From IMG/VR virus record IMGVR_UViG_3300023184_000024, positions 288,755 through 352,754 of that record: a DNA stretch of 64,000 nt. The stretch is one strand, 5' to 3'. Under the pieces are notes generated by a model, which worked only from the letters and a program-made list of their open reading frames with translations, ran no database searches and had not been told where the DNA came from. Shown here piece by piece: positions 30,184-40,257 of the stretch. Within the stretch, counting starts at the first letter, position 1, and every line of letters starts with the position of its first letter. Position numbers and translations under genes: made by a program.

Positions 30184-31089
30184 ATGAAAAAAATCTTATT
30201 GGCTGCATTACTGGGCCTCACATCATTGGCAAATGCCCAAGGTATTCAAACCTACGGCAACCTCACAACCTTCACTGAAAGGTCTACCAATGGAACAGCA
30301 ACAACTACGCAGATGACAAATGATCAGTCTCGTATCGGGTTCCGCGGAGTGGAAAAAGTTGGAAACGCTGATGCATTTTTCAAATTAGAAACATCAATTA
30401 TCAGCGATGATCCACGAGCCAAGACAACATCTCTAGGCGACCGCGCCGCTGTGGTTGGTCTAAGAAACAAACTCGGCAGTATCGGTCTTGGTCGCGATGT
30501 TCACGCTTATGGATTCTATCAATCAGTGTACTCTCCAATGGGAGTGAATTATGGCATGGAGCACGAGACTGTGCGCGAAGGCCATGGTGGTCCACGTTTC
30601 GGCAATGCACACTTCATTGCTGTGACACCGATGCCAGGTGTTTCTATTAGATATGACAGAAGTCTAGATGAAACAGGAAAACTAGGTGCAACAACCAGCA
30701 TGTGGGCCGATGCAAAATTAGGCATGCTCAGAGTTGGATACACTGAACATTCATCTCCAGTCACTGGTGATACCAAAGCACTTGGTGTAATAGCCACAGT
30801 ATCGAAAAATTTAGAATTGATTGGACTAACAGTGCAAGATAGAAAGCCAACCAACAAAGGCGACAGCTATACAGTTGGTGCAAAAGTTGCCCTGGCACCA
30901 CAGTGGGATGCCGCTGTTGGCATGGGTGAGTTTGATCGTACCACTGATCATGGTAAATTTTACAATGCCAAACTGACCTACAAGTTTAGCAACCGTACCA
31001 ATGCGCAACTGGCAATTTTTGATGCTAGTTCAAACGTCAAAAGCTTTGAGCGTAAGCAAGTTGGTTTGGGCCTAAGTCACGCCTTCTAA
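30184..31089 (+). CDS. Gram-negative porin (betaproteobacterial type)
   Basis: Signal peptide, SRIGFRGVE..AFFKLE, RAAVVGL..G.I.LGR, YKFSNRT, C-terminal GLSHAF. Confidence 0.85.
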   Translation: MKKILLAALLGLTSLANAQGIQTYGNLTTFTERSTNGTATTTQMTNDQSRIGFRGVEKVGNADAFFKLETSIISDDPRAKTTSLGDRAAVVGLRNKLGSIGLGRDVHAYGFYQSVYSPMGVNYGMEHETVREGHGGPRFGNAHFIAVTPMPGVSIRYDRSLDETGKLGATTSMWADAKLGMLRVGYTEHSSPVTGDTKALGVIATVSKNLELIGLTVQDRKPTNKGDSYTVGAKVALAPQWDAAVGMGEFDRTTDHGKFYNAKLTYKFSNRTNAQLAIFDASSNVKSFERKQVGLGLSHAF

Positions 31090-31109
31090 ACTGCTTAATT
31101 TTTAAGCAC

Positions 31110-31141
31110 AAAAACCCTACGTAATGTAGGGTTTTTCTTTT
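31110..31141 (+). terminator. Rho-independent terminator
   Basis: AAAAACCCTAC-gtaat-GTAGGGTTTTT-CTTTT. Confidence 0.85.
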
Positions 31142-31179
31142 GTTGCTTAAAAACAACACCAAATTTTTCAGCATTTTTT

Positions 31180-31232
31180 GGTTGACCGAATATTCCCAAT
31201 TTGCTATAATACTTGTATAGTAATTAAAAAGG
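31180..31232 (+). promoter_or_regulatory. Early promoter cassette, copy 1
   Basis: GGTTGACC-N17-TATAAT, then AAGGAG. Confidence 0.85.
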
Positions 31233-31240
31233 AGTGAGAG

Positions 31241-31516
31241 ATGAAGGCACTTAACACCTGGATTGATCAGCAAAATCGTTGGGCTAGTTTGTTCAAAGGT
31301 CAACGCACTGCACCTTTGTATGAAATTCAAACTGCCGAAGGCAGAAAACGTGTGGCCGAAGCCATTGACTGTGCTCTGAGCCCGGAGAATTTGAGTTGTG
31401 ATGGCGAACTTCCTATGAGCCAAGTCCGTGCTCGCTATCGTTCGCTCACATCAGCCGCCCAAGATCTAGTAAAATTAGACCCCAGCATGGCTCAATTCAT
31501 GTACGAATTTGGTTGA
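31241..31516 (+). CDS. Early hypothetical protein
   Basis: Promoter and SD; LSPENLSCDGE motif. Confidence 0.75.
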   Translation: MKALNTWIDQQNRWASLFKGQRTAPLYEIQTAEGRKRVAEAIDCALSPENLSCDGELPMSQVRARYRSLTSAAQDLVKLDPSMAQFMYEFG

Positions 31517-31563
31517 CCAATAAATTGTCTTTTGCTATAATACTTGTATAGTAATTAAAAAGG
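31511..31563 (+). promoter_or_regulatory. Early promoter cassette, copy 2
   Basis: GGTTGACC-N17-TATAAT; 31531-31563 is identical to 31200-31232 (33 nt). Confidence 0.85.
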
Positions 31564-31573
31564 GGTAAAAACT

Positions 31574-31858
31574 ATGAACGGTTGGGAAAATAGTAGAGGG
31601 TATCTTACGACAATGAAGGCGGAGGCTCACGACCGCAATCCAAATCTCAGCCGTCGTAATGCCAACCCCAAGGTCAAGCTACAGTTTGACCCCGAGGACG
31701 ATATTGGATGTTTTCATTGTGGCACTTTCCGCAGTTATAATTTTGAATTTGACAGCAATTATTGTGACCCTTGTAACAAGTGGTTGGAAGGTCTTTGCAA
31801 GGATGCTGACTGTCCCTTCTGCCCCAAGCGTCCCAAGTACCCAAAATATCCCGGTTGA
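31574..31858 (+). CDS. Early Cys-rich hypothetical protein
   Basis: CFHC, CDPC and C..CPFC motifs. Confidence 0.6.
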   Translation: MNGWENSRGYLTTMKAEAHDRNPNLSRRNANPKVKLQFDPEDDIGCFHCGTFRSYNFEFDSNYCDPCNKWLEGLCKDADCPFCPKRPKYPKYPG

Positions 31859-31883
31859 CCGATAATTACCGATTTGCTATAAT
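31853..31883 (+). promoter_or_regulatory. Early promoter cassette, copy 3
   Basis: GGTTGACC-N17-TATAAT with the TTTGC extension. Confidence 0.85.
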
Positions 31884-31914
31884 ATACATATACTGAAACA
31901 CAAAGGAGCTCAAA

Positions 31915-32388
31915 ATGGGTACACGTTCAAGAATTGGTGTCATGCATGGCAACAAGTGCAAGTCTGTTTACTGCCATTGGGATGGCTATCTTGAGCACAA
32001 TGGTGCCATCCTGCAGGAGCACTATGACAGTGCCAAAGCCAACAACCTGGTAGCACTTGGCGACATGAGTTCATTGCGTCCCGAGATTGGTGAGCAACAT
32101 GCCTTTAGCTACCACGATCTGCCCAAAGACGAAGTTGAAGCATTCAAAGCCACAACAGAAAACATGTGCACCTTTTACGGCCGTGACCGCGGTGAGACCG
32201 GCACTGAGTTCAAAGTGGCACACAATTTCTCAGAGTTTCTTGAACAGGTTGAACATTGTGGTGGCGAGTACTACTATGTTATGGAAGATGGCCTATGGTA
32301 CTGTGGCAGTATCTATGGTGCGTTCAAAGGCCAACTAGTACTGTTGAGCCAAGCATTGGATTCCGTTAAACAAGCCGAGGAAGCCTAA
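31915..32388 (+). CDS. Early hypothetical protein
   Basis: AAGGAG SD; MGTRSRIG..YCHWDGY. Confidence 0.75.
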   Translation: MGTRSRIGVMHGNKCKSVYCHWDGYLEHNGAILQEHYDSAKANNLVALGDMSSLRPEIGEQHAFSYHDLPKDEVEAFKATTENMCTFYGRDRGETGTEFKVAHNFSEFLEQVEHCGGEYYYVMEDGLWYCGSIYGAFKGQLVLLSQALDSVKQAEEA

Positions 32389-32389
32389 G

Positions 32390-32599
32390 ATGGCTTATGC
32401 AGTTTTCAAGCATAACAAAGAATATGGTCCACGCAAGGGACTTGAAGGACCATTTCATTATCCCAACGGACAGGTGTTGTACTACGATCCCAAGGCCGGT
32501 GAGTATTATGACCCTACCACTGATTTTTATGTACCTCACGAAGACGTTGCAGAACTGCAACAACTGGTCTTTAATATGTTAGCAAAGGGTGCACAGTGA
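32390..32599 (+). CDS. Hypothetical protein
   Basis: 69-aa ORF in the early operon (LEGPF..YYDPK.GEYYDP). Confidence 0.7.
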   Translation: MAYAVFKHNKEYGPRKGLEGPFHYPNGQVLYYDPKAGEYYDPTTDFYVPHEDVAELQQLVFNMLAKGAQ

Positions 32600-32880
32600 A
32601 CAATGGGATTTGTCCAGACTGTAATGGAACATGTCGATTGCCAGCCGGCGACACACGATATAAAAGTGTGATCTCGGGCTACGATCACAAAACTGACACT
32701 TTGCCTTGTTCTAATTGCGGCGGTCAGTACATGTTTGGGCGACCCACAGGTAAAGTAAAACTCAATGCCGCCGGTGATCCTTGTAAACATATATACACAT
32801 CTAAGAATGTTGGTAGGTGCTTGACTGAATATGTGTGTCAACACTGCAATGACCGATATCAAATTGATTCAGGCGACTAA
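32596..32880 (+). CDS. Zn-ribbon hypothetical protein
   Basis: CPDCNG, CSNCGG, CQHC. Confidence 0.65.
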   Translation: MNNGICPDCNGTCRLPAGDTRYKSVISGYDHKTDTLPCSNCGGQYMFGRPTGKVKLNAAGDPCKHIYTSKNVGRCLTEYVCQHCNDRYQIDSGD

Positions 32881-32900
32881 TATAAAAAACTGTTAAATAT

Positions 32901-34274
32901 ATGAATGAAACAAATTTTTCCGACCCAAGGTTTACCGGGGTAATGGCAGCAGGTTGGATCCGCGACCTCGAAAGCTCAGATAGTCGCATACACAAAGAAA
33001 AAACCATTGAAAAAGCCTTGATGGCGGCCAAGCTGGGCAGTGCCGATGCGCAGGCTTTCTTGTTCAACTGCTATCAAGCCTACAATCCTTTTTATGTGTT
33101 TGGCGTTCGACAAGTGCCAGAAACCCAAGAGTTAACTGACCGCCCAAATCATTGGCCTTCATTTTGGGCCTTGTTAGAAAATCTACGCACTCGTAGTGTC
33201 ACTGGTAATCGTGCAAGAGAGGCAATTGAAACTTGCAGTCAGTTGTTTGACAGTGAAGAGTGGAATGGACTTGCTCGGCGTGTGTTGATCAAGGACTTGA
33301 GATGCGGCATCACAGATAAAACACTCAACAAAGTGCTGGGCAAAACTGAATATAAGATTCCTGTGTTTAGTTGCCAACTTGCGCAGGACTCCACAGATCA
33401 ACCCAAGAAGCTCAAGGGTATCAAACGACTAGAAGTCAAATTGGACGGTGTTCGTGTGTTGGCAGTTATGAATGGATCTGCTTGTACATTGTACAGCCGC
33501 AATGGCAAAGAGTTTGAAAACTTCCCGCAGATTGCAGACTTCATTGAAGAACATCGCAAAGCATTTCAACGCAATGCCGCTTTTGGTGGACAGTTTGTGT
33601 TGGATGGCGAGATTGTGGGCAAGAGCTTCCAGGACCTGATGAAACAAGCACAGCGTAAGAGCAATGCCAAAACAGACAACATGGTTTATCATGTGTTTGA
33701 CATATTGCCGCTGACGGAGTTCCGTGATGGTTTTTGCAATCTACAGCAACACAATCGCATTGACTTGTTGAAACGTGCTCAAGCATTCTTGCCCGAAAAC
33801 AGTTGTGTGCAAGTCATGCCTGGTATGGATGTGGACCTGGACACTGCAGAAGGCCATGACATTATGCGCCGTTTTGCCGAAGCCAGTGTAGAAGAAGGTT
33901 ACGAGGGCATCATGATCAAAAGCATGGATGCACCCTACGAGTGCAAACGCAGTGACTTTTGGATGAAATGGAAACCCACAATCACAGTGGATTTAAATAT
34001 TGTGGGTTTTGAAGAAGGCACTGGTCGCAATGCTGGCCGCTTGGGTGCTATAATATGTGAAGGAATTGATAATGAACGCAATATTCGTGTTAATGTTGGC
34101 ACAGGTTTTAGTGATGGGGATCGTGATAGCTATTGGGCCGAAAAAGACAGCCTGTTTGGCAACGTGGTCGAAGTGCAAGCTGATGCAGTTACGCAAAATC
34201 AAGACGGATCATACAGTTTGAGATTTCCTAGGTTTGTGAGATTCCGCGGATTCGGTCCAGGAGAGAAACTATAG
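32901..34274 (+). CDS. ATP-dependent DNA ligase
   Basis: KLDGVR, LDGEI, VFDIL, EGIMIK, MKWK, SLRFPRF. Confidence 0.95.
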   Translation: MNETNFSDPRFTGVMAAGWIRDLESSDSRIHKEKTIEKALMAAKLGSADAQAFLFNCYQAYNPFYVFGVRQVPETQELTDRPNHWPSFWALLENLRTRSVTGNRAREAIETCSQLFDSEEWNGLARRVLIKDLRCGITDKTLNKVLGKTEYKIPVFSCQLAQDSTDQPKKLKGIKRLEVKLDGVRVLAVMNGSACTLYSRNGKEFENFPQIADFIEEHRKAFQRNAAFGGQFVLDGEIVGKSFQDLMKQAQRKSNAKTDNMVYHVFDILPLTEFRDGFCNLQQHNRIDLLKRAQAFLPENSCVQVMPGMDVDLDTAEGHDIMRRFAEASVEEGYEGIMIKSMDAPYECKRSDFWMKWKPTITVDLNIVGFEEGTGRNAGRLGAIICEGIDNERNIRVNVGTGFSDGDRDSYWAEKDSLFGNVVEVQADAVTQNQDGSYSLRFPRFVRFRGFGPGEKL

Positions 34275-34292
34275 CATGGAATTAATTTAACG

Positions 34293-35168
34293 TTGAAGCT
34301 ACAGGATATTAAATGGTTGCACATTGAACCCAGCACCAAGTGTAATGCTTGGTGCCCTGCCTGTGGCCGCAACCAAAATGGCTACGGCCTTGCACCGGAC
34401 CTGGTAGAACAAGACCTAGACATTACTTGGTTAGAAACAGTGCTAGAATCCCTGCCGGGTCGGCTTGATGGCATCCAGTTTTGCGGAGTTCTTGGAGATC
34501 CATGTGCACACACCAAGTTTTTAAACCTAGTAAAGTTGGCTAAAAAATACACCAATAAAATACAAATACACACCAACGGCGGCCTAAGATCACAACAATG
34601 GTGGTCCGAGTTGGCACACCTGTTGTCTGATGTAGATCACGATGTATGGTTCGGCATCGACGGCATCAACGAAGTGCACGAAATATACCGACAAGGAACC
34701 AGTTACGGCAAAGTAATTGGCAACGCCACTGAATTTATCAAACATGGTGGCCATGCAACCTGGCAATTTATACCGTATCAACACAACGAACATCAGATAA
34801 AGGAGTGCATGAAAACCAGCCAACAACTTGGATTTAAGAAATTTAAACTCATTCGTGGATTTAGAGATCTAAAAACTCAGGCTCGGCATTGGCAAACTGG
34901 TGACGTGTTTCAATTGGAACAAGCCAAGATGTATTCCCAGGTCAATATTATTTCTCACAAGCAGGTGGTTAAAAAAGAAAATTGCATGCATTTGTCTGGC
35001 CCCAGCGCATACATTTCCGCAGATAAAAAAATTAGCCCTTGTTGTTATTTTTATCAAACTAGATCCTATGATACAATCACTGAAATGTTGGGGAGTCTCA
35101 ACATTGAGCAGGAGTTATTGTCGCCTGTTAGGACTTGCCTAAGATCCTGTGGAACAACTGCACAGTGA
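34293..35168 (+). CDS. Radical SAM protein with C-terminal Cys cluster
   Basis: CNAWCPAC, HTNG, C..PCC..CxxxC. Confidence 0.85.
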   Translation: MKLQDIKWLHIEPSTKCNAWCPACGRNQNGYGLAPDLVEQDLDITWLETVLESLPGRLDGIQFCGVLGDPCAHTKFLNLVKLAKKYTNKIQIHTNGGLRSQQWWSELAHLLSDVDHDVWFGIDGINEVHEIYRQGTSYGKVIGNATEFIKHGGHATWQFIPYQHNEHQIKECMKTSQQLGFKKFKLIRGFRDLKTQARHWQTGDVFQLEQAKMYSQVNIISHKQVVKKENCMHLSGPSAYISADKKISPCCYFYQTRSYDTITEMLGSLNIEQELLSPVRTCLRSCGTTAQ

Positions 35169-35200
35169 TTCGACAACATTTACCCACTAAATAATAAATC

Positions 35201-36751
35201 ATGATTTTAACTATATTAATGTTTGTTGTGGCTTTGTGCTTGAGTGGTGTGGCCGCATTTTATTCTATTGTAGGGCTTACTGCTATTTTTGCCGCCGCAG
35301 TTACGCCTATTATTTTAATGGGCAGTATTTTAGAAGTGGCCAAGCTCACAGTCACAGTTTGGTTGCACGACTACTGGCATCGTATTCGCTGGTTAATGAA
35401 GGTGTATTTGTGCTCAGCAGTGGTTGTATTGATGATAATCACCAGCATGGGCATATTTGGATTTTTGTCAAAAGCGCACAGCGACCAAGGCATGGTGTCG
35501 GGTGATGTACTTGCCAAGATCAGTGTATATGATGAAAAAATTAAAATCTCAAAGGAAAATATAGATGCAAATCGCCGGGCACTTAAACAAATGGATGAAG
35601 CTGTGGACCAAGTTATGGGCCGAAGCACAGATGAAAAAGGTGCAGATAAAGCTGTACAAATCCGCAGGACCCAACAGAAGGAACGTGCTAGACTCCTTGC
35701 CGAAATTGAAGCCGAACAGAAAAAAATTACAGCACTTAATGAAGAACGAGCCCCTATTGCTGCCGAGGTACGCAAGGTTGAGGCAGAAGTCGGTCCGATA
35801 AAATACATTGCCGCATTGATTTACGGTGATGATCCAGATGCCAATTTACTAGAACGTGCAGTACGTTGGGTGATTATACTATTGGTGGTGGTGTTTGATC
35901 CTTTGGCAGTGATGATGTTGCTGGCCGCAACTGAAAGTAGAAAATGGTTGCGCGAAGATAAACTCAAGTACCCTCCTGATGACGGTCCTTTAACTGAAGA
36001 ACAAATCGAACAAATCAAGGAATCTGCCAAAGAAGACTTGCCCACTAGTGAGCTGGTAACCAAAGATGAGCTATTCCCAGTGGACCCTTCCCCACCAGGG
36101 TGGATGTACAACACCACTACAACAACATATCCTTCTACCGAAGAAGAAGTTGAAGAGTTGACACAAGAGTTTGATCGTAGCAAACACGCATACTTAGACA
36201 AGCCGTTTGTGCATTTTGAAAACCTCACGCCTATGGTGGCAAAAAAACAACCTGAAATCACTGCGGAGGAAGTCAGCATTGCTGTATCTACTCCAGAAAA
36301 GGATGAGGATGAGGATGGTGACAACGACAGTGACGTGGTAAAAATGGCCAAGACATTGTGGAAACAAGCAAACCCAACTAGCACTCTTAAAGATCAACGA
36401 AGACTATTACAATTCAAAGCAATAGATCATCTTCCTTGGTATGACTACATTGAACAAGCTGAGAATGAAGTTATTATACCGTTTGGTGACCGCTTACCCG
36501 ACACCGGTGAGAAAGCTAGCAAAAAAGGCAATCAATATATACACACGGGATATTTGCCCACTAAGTTATTCAAATACAATGGATCTAAATGGATTGAGGT
36601 TGACAAAAACCTCACAGACCGTTATGCTTACAATGATGCCTACATAGATTTTTTAATAAAAAAAGTTGGCACAGGTGAATATGACCCCGAGCTATTAAAT
36701 GATAGCGAACGAACTCAACTAGAACTTAAACTTAAAAGAGAAATTATTTAA
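35201..36751 (+). CDS. Membrane protein with coiled-coil and acidic domains
   Basis: Three N-terminal TM segments, a long heptad region, a fourth TM, and an acidic linker. Confidence 0.65.
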   Translation: MILTILMFVVALCLSGVAAFYSIVGLTAIFAAAVTPIILMGSILEVAKLTVTVWLHDYWHRIRWLMKVYLCSAVVVLMIITSMGIFGFLSKAHSDQGMVSGDVLAKISVYDEKIKISKENIDANRRALKQMDEAVDQVMGRSTDEKGADKAVQIRRTQQKERARLLAEIEAEQKKITALNEERAPIAAEVRKVEAEVGPIKYIAALIYGDDPDANLLERAVRWVIILLVVVFDPLAVMMLLAATESRKWLREDKLKYPPDDGPLTEEQIEQIKESAKEDLPTSELVTKDELFPVDPSPPGWMYNTTTTTYPSTEEEVEELTQEFDRSKHAYLDKPFVHFENLTPMVAKKQPEITAEEVSIAVSTPEKDEDEDGDNDSDVVKMAKTLWKQANPTSTLKDQRRLLQFKAIDHLPWYDYIEQAENEVIIPFGDRLPDTGEKASKKGNQYIHTGYLPTKLFKYNGSKWIEVDKNLTDRYAYNDAYIDFLIKKVGTGEYDPELLNDSERTQLELKLKREII

Positions 36752-37950
36752 TGTCAGACACAGCACTTCAACAATACCAACATAAATGTAGTTTTTGCGG
36801 CAAAGAAAAAGACATCGTTAACAAGTTAATTGTCAGTGATGCAGTTGCTATTTGTAATGAATGCGTTTTTTTATGTCAAGACTTACTAGTAGATAAACCG
36901 TTATCAGAAGAAACAAACAGCAGTGACTCGTTGGATCCAATGAAACTCAAGGCGTATCTTGACCAGTATGTGGTTGGTCAAGAGCAGGCAAAAATAGTAT
37001 TAAGTGTGGCCATTGTTAATCATTATAAAAGAATTAATAAGTCTTCAGAAGGCCCAAATATTAGTAAAGCCAACATTTTAATGATTGGCCCCACGGGCTG
37101 TGGCAAAACATTACTGGCCAAAACTGTGGCCAAATACCTTGACGTGCCGTTTGTAATAGGTGATGCTACCAGTATTACCGAAGCTGGCTACGTAGGTGAC
37201 GATGTTGAAACACTGATTAGTCGACTGCATGCAGTGGGCGGCAACGATGTTAGCAAGACACAACGTGGCATTGTTTTCATTGATGAAATTGATAAAATTA
37301 GTCGAAAAAGCGAAAGTACCAGTATCACACGTGATGTGTCTGGCGAAGGTGTTCAGCAGGCATTGTTAAAATTAGTTGAAGGAACTGTTTGCCGTATTCC
37401 GGCCGGCGGCGGCAGGAAGCATCCTGGTGGAGACATGATTGAAATCGATACATCAGACATATTGTTTATTGCAGGCGGTGCCTTTGTTGGATTAGAAAAG
37501 ATTATTAAAAATAGAACACAGGGCACATCTATTGGATTCAACACACTTATATCAGACAACAAAGAAGTTGATATTTCACAAAGTTCACCCGATGACTTGG
37601 TCAAGTTTGGTATGATTCCTGAGTTTGTTGGGCGTTTCCCAAGCACAGTCACACTCAAAGATCTTGAACACAGTGACATGATTAGAATCTTAACTGAAAT
37701 AAAAGACAACTACATTGATCAATATCAGTGGTTGTTTTCCCAGGACTCGATTGATCTGAATTTTAATAAAGAATCCATTGAAGCACTGGTGACACGAGCA
37801 TTGGAATCAGGCACTGGAGCTCGGGCACTGCACACTGAGCTAGAACGTGCGTTGATGCCGCACATGTATAAACTAAGAGACTACCAGGCTCGGGGCATTT
37901 CCGAGGTCAACATTGTACCTGAGTTTATAAGTACTCCTACTTCACTGTAA
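36751..37950 (+). CDS. clpX: ATP-dependent Clp protease ATPase ClpX
   Basis: CSFC..CNEC Zn domain, [30 protein letters not shown] loop, TGARAL. Confidence 0.96.
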   Translation: MSDTALQQYQHKCSFCGKEKDIVNKLIVSDAVAICNECVFLCQDLLVDKPLSEETNSSDSLDPMKLKAYLDQYVVGQEQAKIVLSVAIVNHYKRINKSSEGPNISKANILMIGPTGCGKTLLAKTVAKYLDVPFVIGDATSITEAGYVGDDVETLISRLHAVGGNDVSKTQRGIVFIDEIDKISRKSESTSITRDVSGEGVQQALLKLVEGTVCRIPAGGGRKHPGGDMIEIDTSDILFIAGGAFVGLEKIIKNRTQGTSIGFNTLISDNKEVDISQSSPDDLVKFGMIPEFVGRFPSTVTLKDLEHSDMIRILTEIKDNYIDQYQWLFSQDSIDLNFNKESIEALVTRALESGTGARALHTELERALMPHMYKLRDYQARGISEVNIVPEFISTPTSL

Positions 37951-37966
37951 AGGAAGTACTGATATA

Positions 37967-38185
37967 ATGTACATCGAATTTAATATCTTAAACGCGATGG
38001 ACGATTTTGACAGCTTAGAACGTGCAGTTGCTGGCTGGGCCAACACACATAAAGTACCTTACACAACTAAAATAGCCAAAGGTTTAAAATACCGATTAGG
38101 CTTAAACTATCCTGAACACTTTACTTTATTTTTTATTACCTGGGCGTCCTGTAAATATCAAGTCAAAAACGCCAAACAGCATTGA
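37967..38185 (+). CDS. Hypothetical protein
   Basis: 72-aa ORF with AAGGA upstream. Confidence 0.55.
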   Translation: MYIEFNILNAMDDFDSLERAVAGWANTHKVPYTTKIAKGLKYRLGLNYPEHFTLFFITWASCKYQVKNAKQH

Positions 38186-38215
38186 TTTATCAAAAAGTTT
38201 TGTGTATAATAAATA
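38182..38215 (+). promoter_or_regulatory. Overlapping sigma70 and late promoters for hsp20
   Basis: TTGATT-N17-TATAAT overlapping TAAATA. Confidence 0.7.
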
Positions 38216-38217
38216 CT

Positions 38218-38267
38218 TGTGTAGCGCCGATGGTCGGGCTACACACAGTCATCTTGCTTAATAGGAG
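38218..38267 (+). ncRNA. Structured 5' UTR, ROSE-like RNA thermometer candidate
   Basis: Hairpin TGTGTAGC-G-CCGA..TCGG-GCTACACA, then CTTGCT-taat-AGGAG masking the SD. Confidence 0.65.
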
Positions 38268-38273
38268 AAAACA

Positions 38274-38729
38274 ATGACAAACACTTTAACCCTTCGTTCC
38301 TTAGACATTCCACAAATCGCTAAATTTGGTATCGGTTTCGATAACATGTTTGATGAATTACTACGTGTGAATGCTCAACAATCCAACACAAACTACCCCC
38401 CATATAACATTGTTCAAATCAATGAAAATGAATATATGATTAGCGTTGCTGTTGCAGGTTTCGGGCCTGATAATCTCACAGTTACCAAAGAGAAAAACTT
38501 CTTAGTAATTGAAGGTAATCATGCCATGAACAATGTTGAAACTGACGTGGAACCTACGTATCTACACAAAGGTATTAGTGAGCGCAATTTCCGACGTGAG
38601 TTCCGTTTAGCGGATCATGTAGAAATTGAAAACGCACATTTAGAATTGGGTATTCTTTCAATTCACCTAAAACGTGAAGTTCCTGAAGAACAAAAGCCCA
38701 AGACTATTGCAATTAGTTACACTAAGTAA
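38274..38729 (+). CDS. Small heat-shock protein Hsp20 (IbpA-like)
   Basis: IGFD, NYPPYNI, AVAGF, YLHKGIS.RNF, VPEE.KP..I.I. Confidence 0.95.
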   Translation: MTNTLTLRSLDIPQIAKFGIGFDNMFDELLRVNAQQSNTNYPPYNIVQINENEYMISVAVAGFGPDNLTVTKEKNFLVIEGNHAMNNVETDVEPTYLHKGISERNFRREFRLADHVEIENAHLELGILSIHLKREVPEEQKPKTIAISYTK

Positions 38730-38743
38730 CATTTAATGTAACA

Positions 38744-38767
38744 AGTGCGGGAGATTTTTCCCGCACT
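38744..38767 (+). terminator. Stem-loop after hsp20 (terminator or stability element)
   Basis: AGTGCGGGA..TCCCGCACT; weak U-tract. Confidence 0.5.
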
Positions 38768-38783
38768 ATTCCTAGGACTAATT

Positions 38784-39092
38784 ATGCCAACACCAGCAAC
38801 TAAAACTAAAACAAAACCCAACACAGTATTAGCAGAACCCCCGATGTTTAAAGTTATCTACATCAATGATAATCAAACATCCATGGAATTTGTTGTTAGT
38901 AGTTTAATTGACCATTTTCAATACACTCATACCACCGCTGAAAAAATCACAGTGGATATACACAGCGAAGGATCGGCTGTGGTGGCAGTTTTACCGTATG
39001 AAATTGCCGAGCAAAAAGGTATTGAAGTAACAATGAATGCAAGGAATCTTGGCTTCCCGTTGCAGATCAAACTAGAACCCGACAGTAATTAA
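38784..39092 (+). CDS. clpS: Clp protease adaptor ClpS
   Basis: PPMFKVIYINDN.TSMEFV, IH.EG.A, EIAEQK, FPLQI.LE. Confidence 0.92.
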   Translation: MPTPATKTKTKPNTVLAEPPMFKVIYINDNQTSMEFVVSSLIDHFQYTHTTAEKITVDIHSEGSAVVAVLPYEIAEQKGIEVTMNARNLGFPLQIKLEPDSN

Positions 39093-39877
39093 AATTCAAT
39101 TTCAATGCGTCGAGGATAGTAAACAGATTTCTTCCATTTTGTATCGCCCCTACCTCGACAGTTGTTGACATATCTGATGCCGTTGATTGTGGTATCTACG
39201 TCACCGTGATAATGACCAAAGCACCAGGTCTTTACTTTTTTTTCTAAATCGTTGTCAAGTACATATTGCATGAGACTATTGCCTATGCAGTTAAATCGGT
39301 AAGTTCCTGCCAGGTCAATGTCGTGCTGGATAAACACAGGACTTGGCACAGTGTGCGTCATTATTACAATGTTTTTTACATCTTGATGTGTTTGTAACTT
39401 TCCAATAGATTCTCGAAGATACACAGCATCGTTGGTGGCCAACTCGGTGATTGACTCCGCCACGTGGTCTGAACAAAGTGTGTGATCTTTGTACCAAAGC
39501 TGGGAATCTTCAATGGACATAGCAGGATCAAAATCCCAGGTGAACCACCCATTTGTGCCCAATAATGCCACACCGTTGATGATAATCACATTGTCCTGAA
39601 GATAAACCACGTTGGGTATGGTTGACAACTGATGCTTTAAACTTGTATAATTATCATGTATATCATTGAGATAATCCCTGTGTTCGTCGTTGCCGTCAAT
39701 GTAAAAAACTGCTTGGTAATGTTGGCCAAGATGCGTCAGTGTTTCAATCAACACATCAGTATCTTTTGCAACATCTCCAGCAACAAGGCACACAGGACTG
39801 GTGGCTTGGCCAGCCCAATCAAACGAATCCCACGTTTCGATGTGTAGGTCTGAAATCAAATCAAATGCTATTTTCAT
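39089..39877 (-). CDS. Calcineurin-like metallophosphoesterase
   Basis: SDLH, AGD, GNDE, THTVP, FGHYH. Confidence 0.85.
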   Translation of the reverse strand: MKIAFDLISDLHIETWDSFDWAGQATSPVCLVAGDVAKDTDVLIETLTHLGQHYQAVFYIDGNDEHRDYLNDIHDNYTSLKHQLSTIPNVVYLQDNVIIINGVALLGTNGWFTWDFDPAMSIEDSQLWYKDHTLCSDHVAESITELATNDAVYLRESIGKLQTHQDVKNIVIMTHTVPSPVFIQHDIDLAGTYRFNCIGNSLMQYVLDNDLEKKVKTWCFGHYHGDVDTTINGIRYVNNCRGRGDTKWKKSVYYPRRIEIEF

Positions 39878-39903
39878 GATACATATTTAAAAGGATTTAC
39901 ACA

Positions 39904-40257
39904 ATGAATATTATTTTGGGGAAAGAAAACATACTTGGACTTGATTCAAAGTATCTAGTACTAGAGTTAGACACCATGAGATTTGGCAACAGTGCAGATC
40001 CTGTCACTGCATACTGTCTAATAGAAAACCTTCCAATCAACGAAATGCTGACATTAGATCAGTACAGTGATCTGCACGAAAATTTAATACGCAATTATAG
40101 ATTAAAAAATTGGAACTATTGCATCAATGCCATTGAACACCTCAAAGGTAAATGGCACGGGGAAGTGGATTCTTTTTATCAAGACTTGTTGCAACGGATT
40201 ACTGCGATTCAAGATCAAGAACTTGACGACGCCTGGGACGGATATTTAATCCGCTGA
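39904..40257 (+). CDS. Hypothetical protein resembling the C-terminal part of class III nucleotidyl cyclases
   Basis: LELDTMRF..PVTAY, YR.KNW and WDG patterns. Confidence 0.45.
   Translation: MNIILGKENILGLDSKYLVLELDTMRFGNSADPVTAYCLIENLPINEMLTLDQYSDLHENLIRNYRLKNWNYCINAIEHLKGKWHGEVDSFYQDLLQRITAIQDQELDDAWDGYLIR

Noticed and set aside
31090-31240. tRNA or other RNA gene in one of the larger intergenic gaps
   Set aside because: No cloverleaf or T-loop signature; the gap is explained by a terminator and an early promoter.
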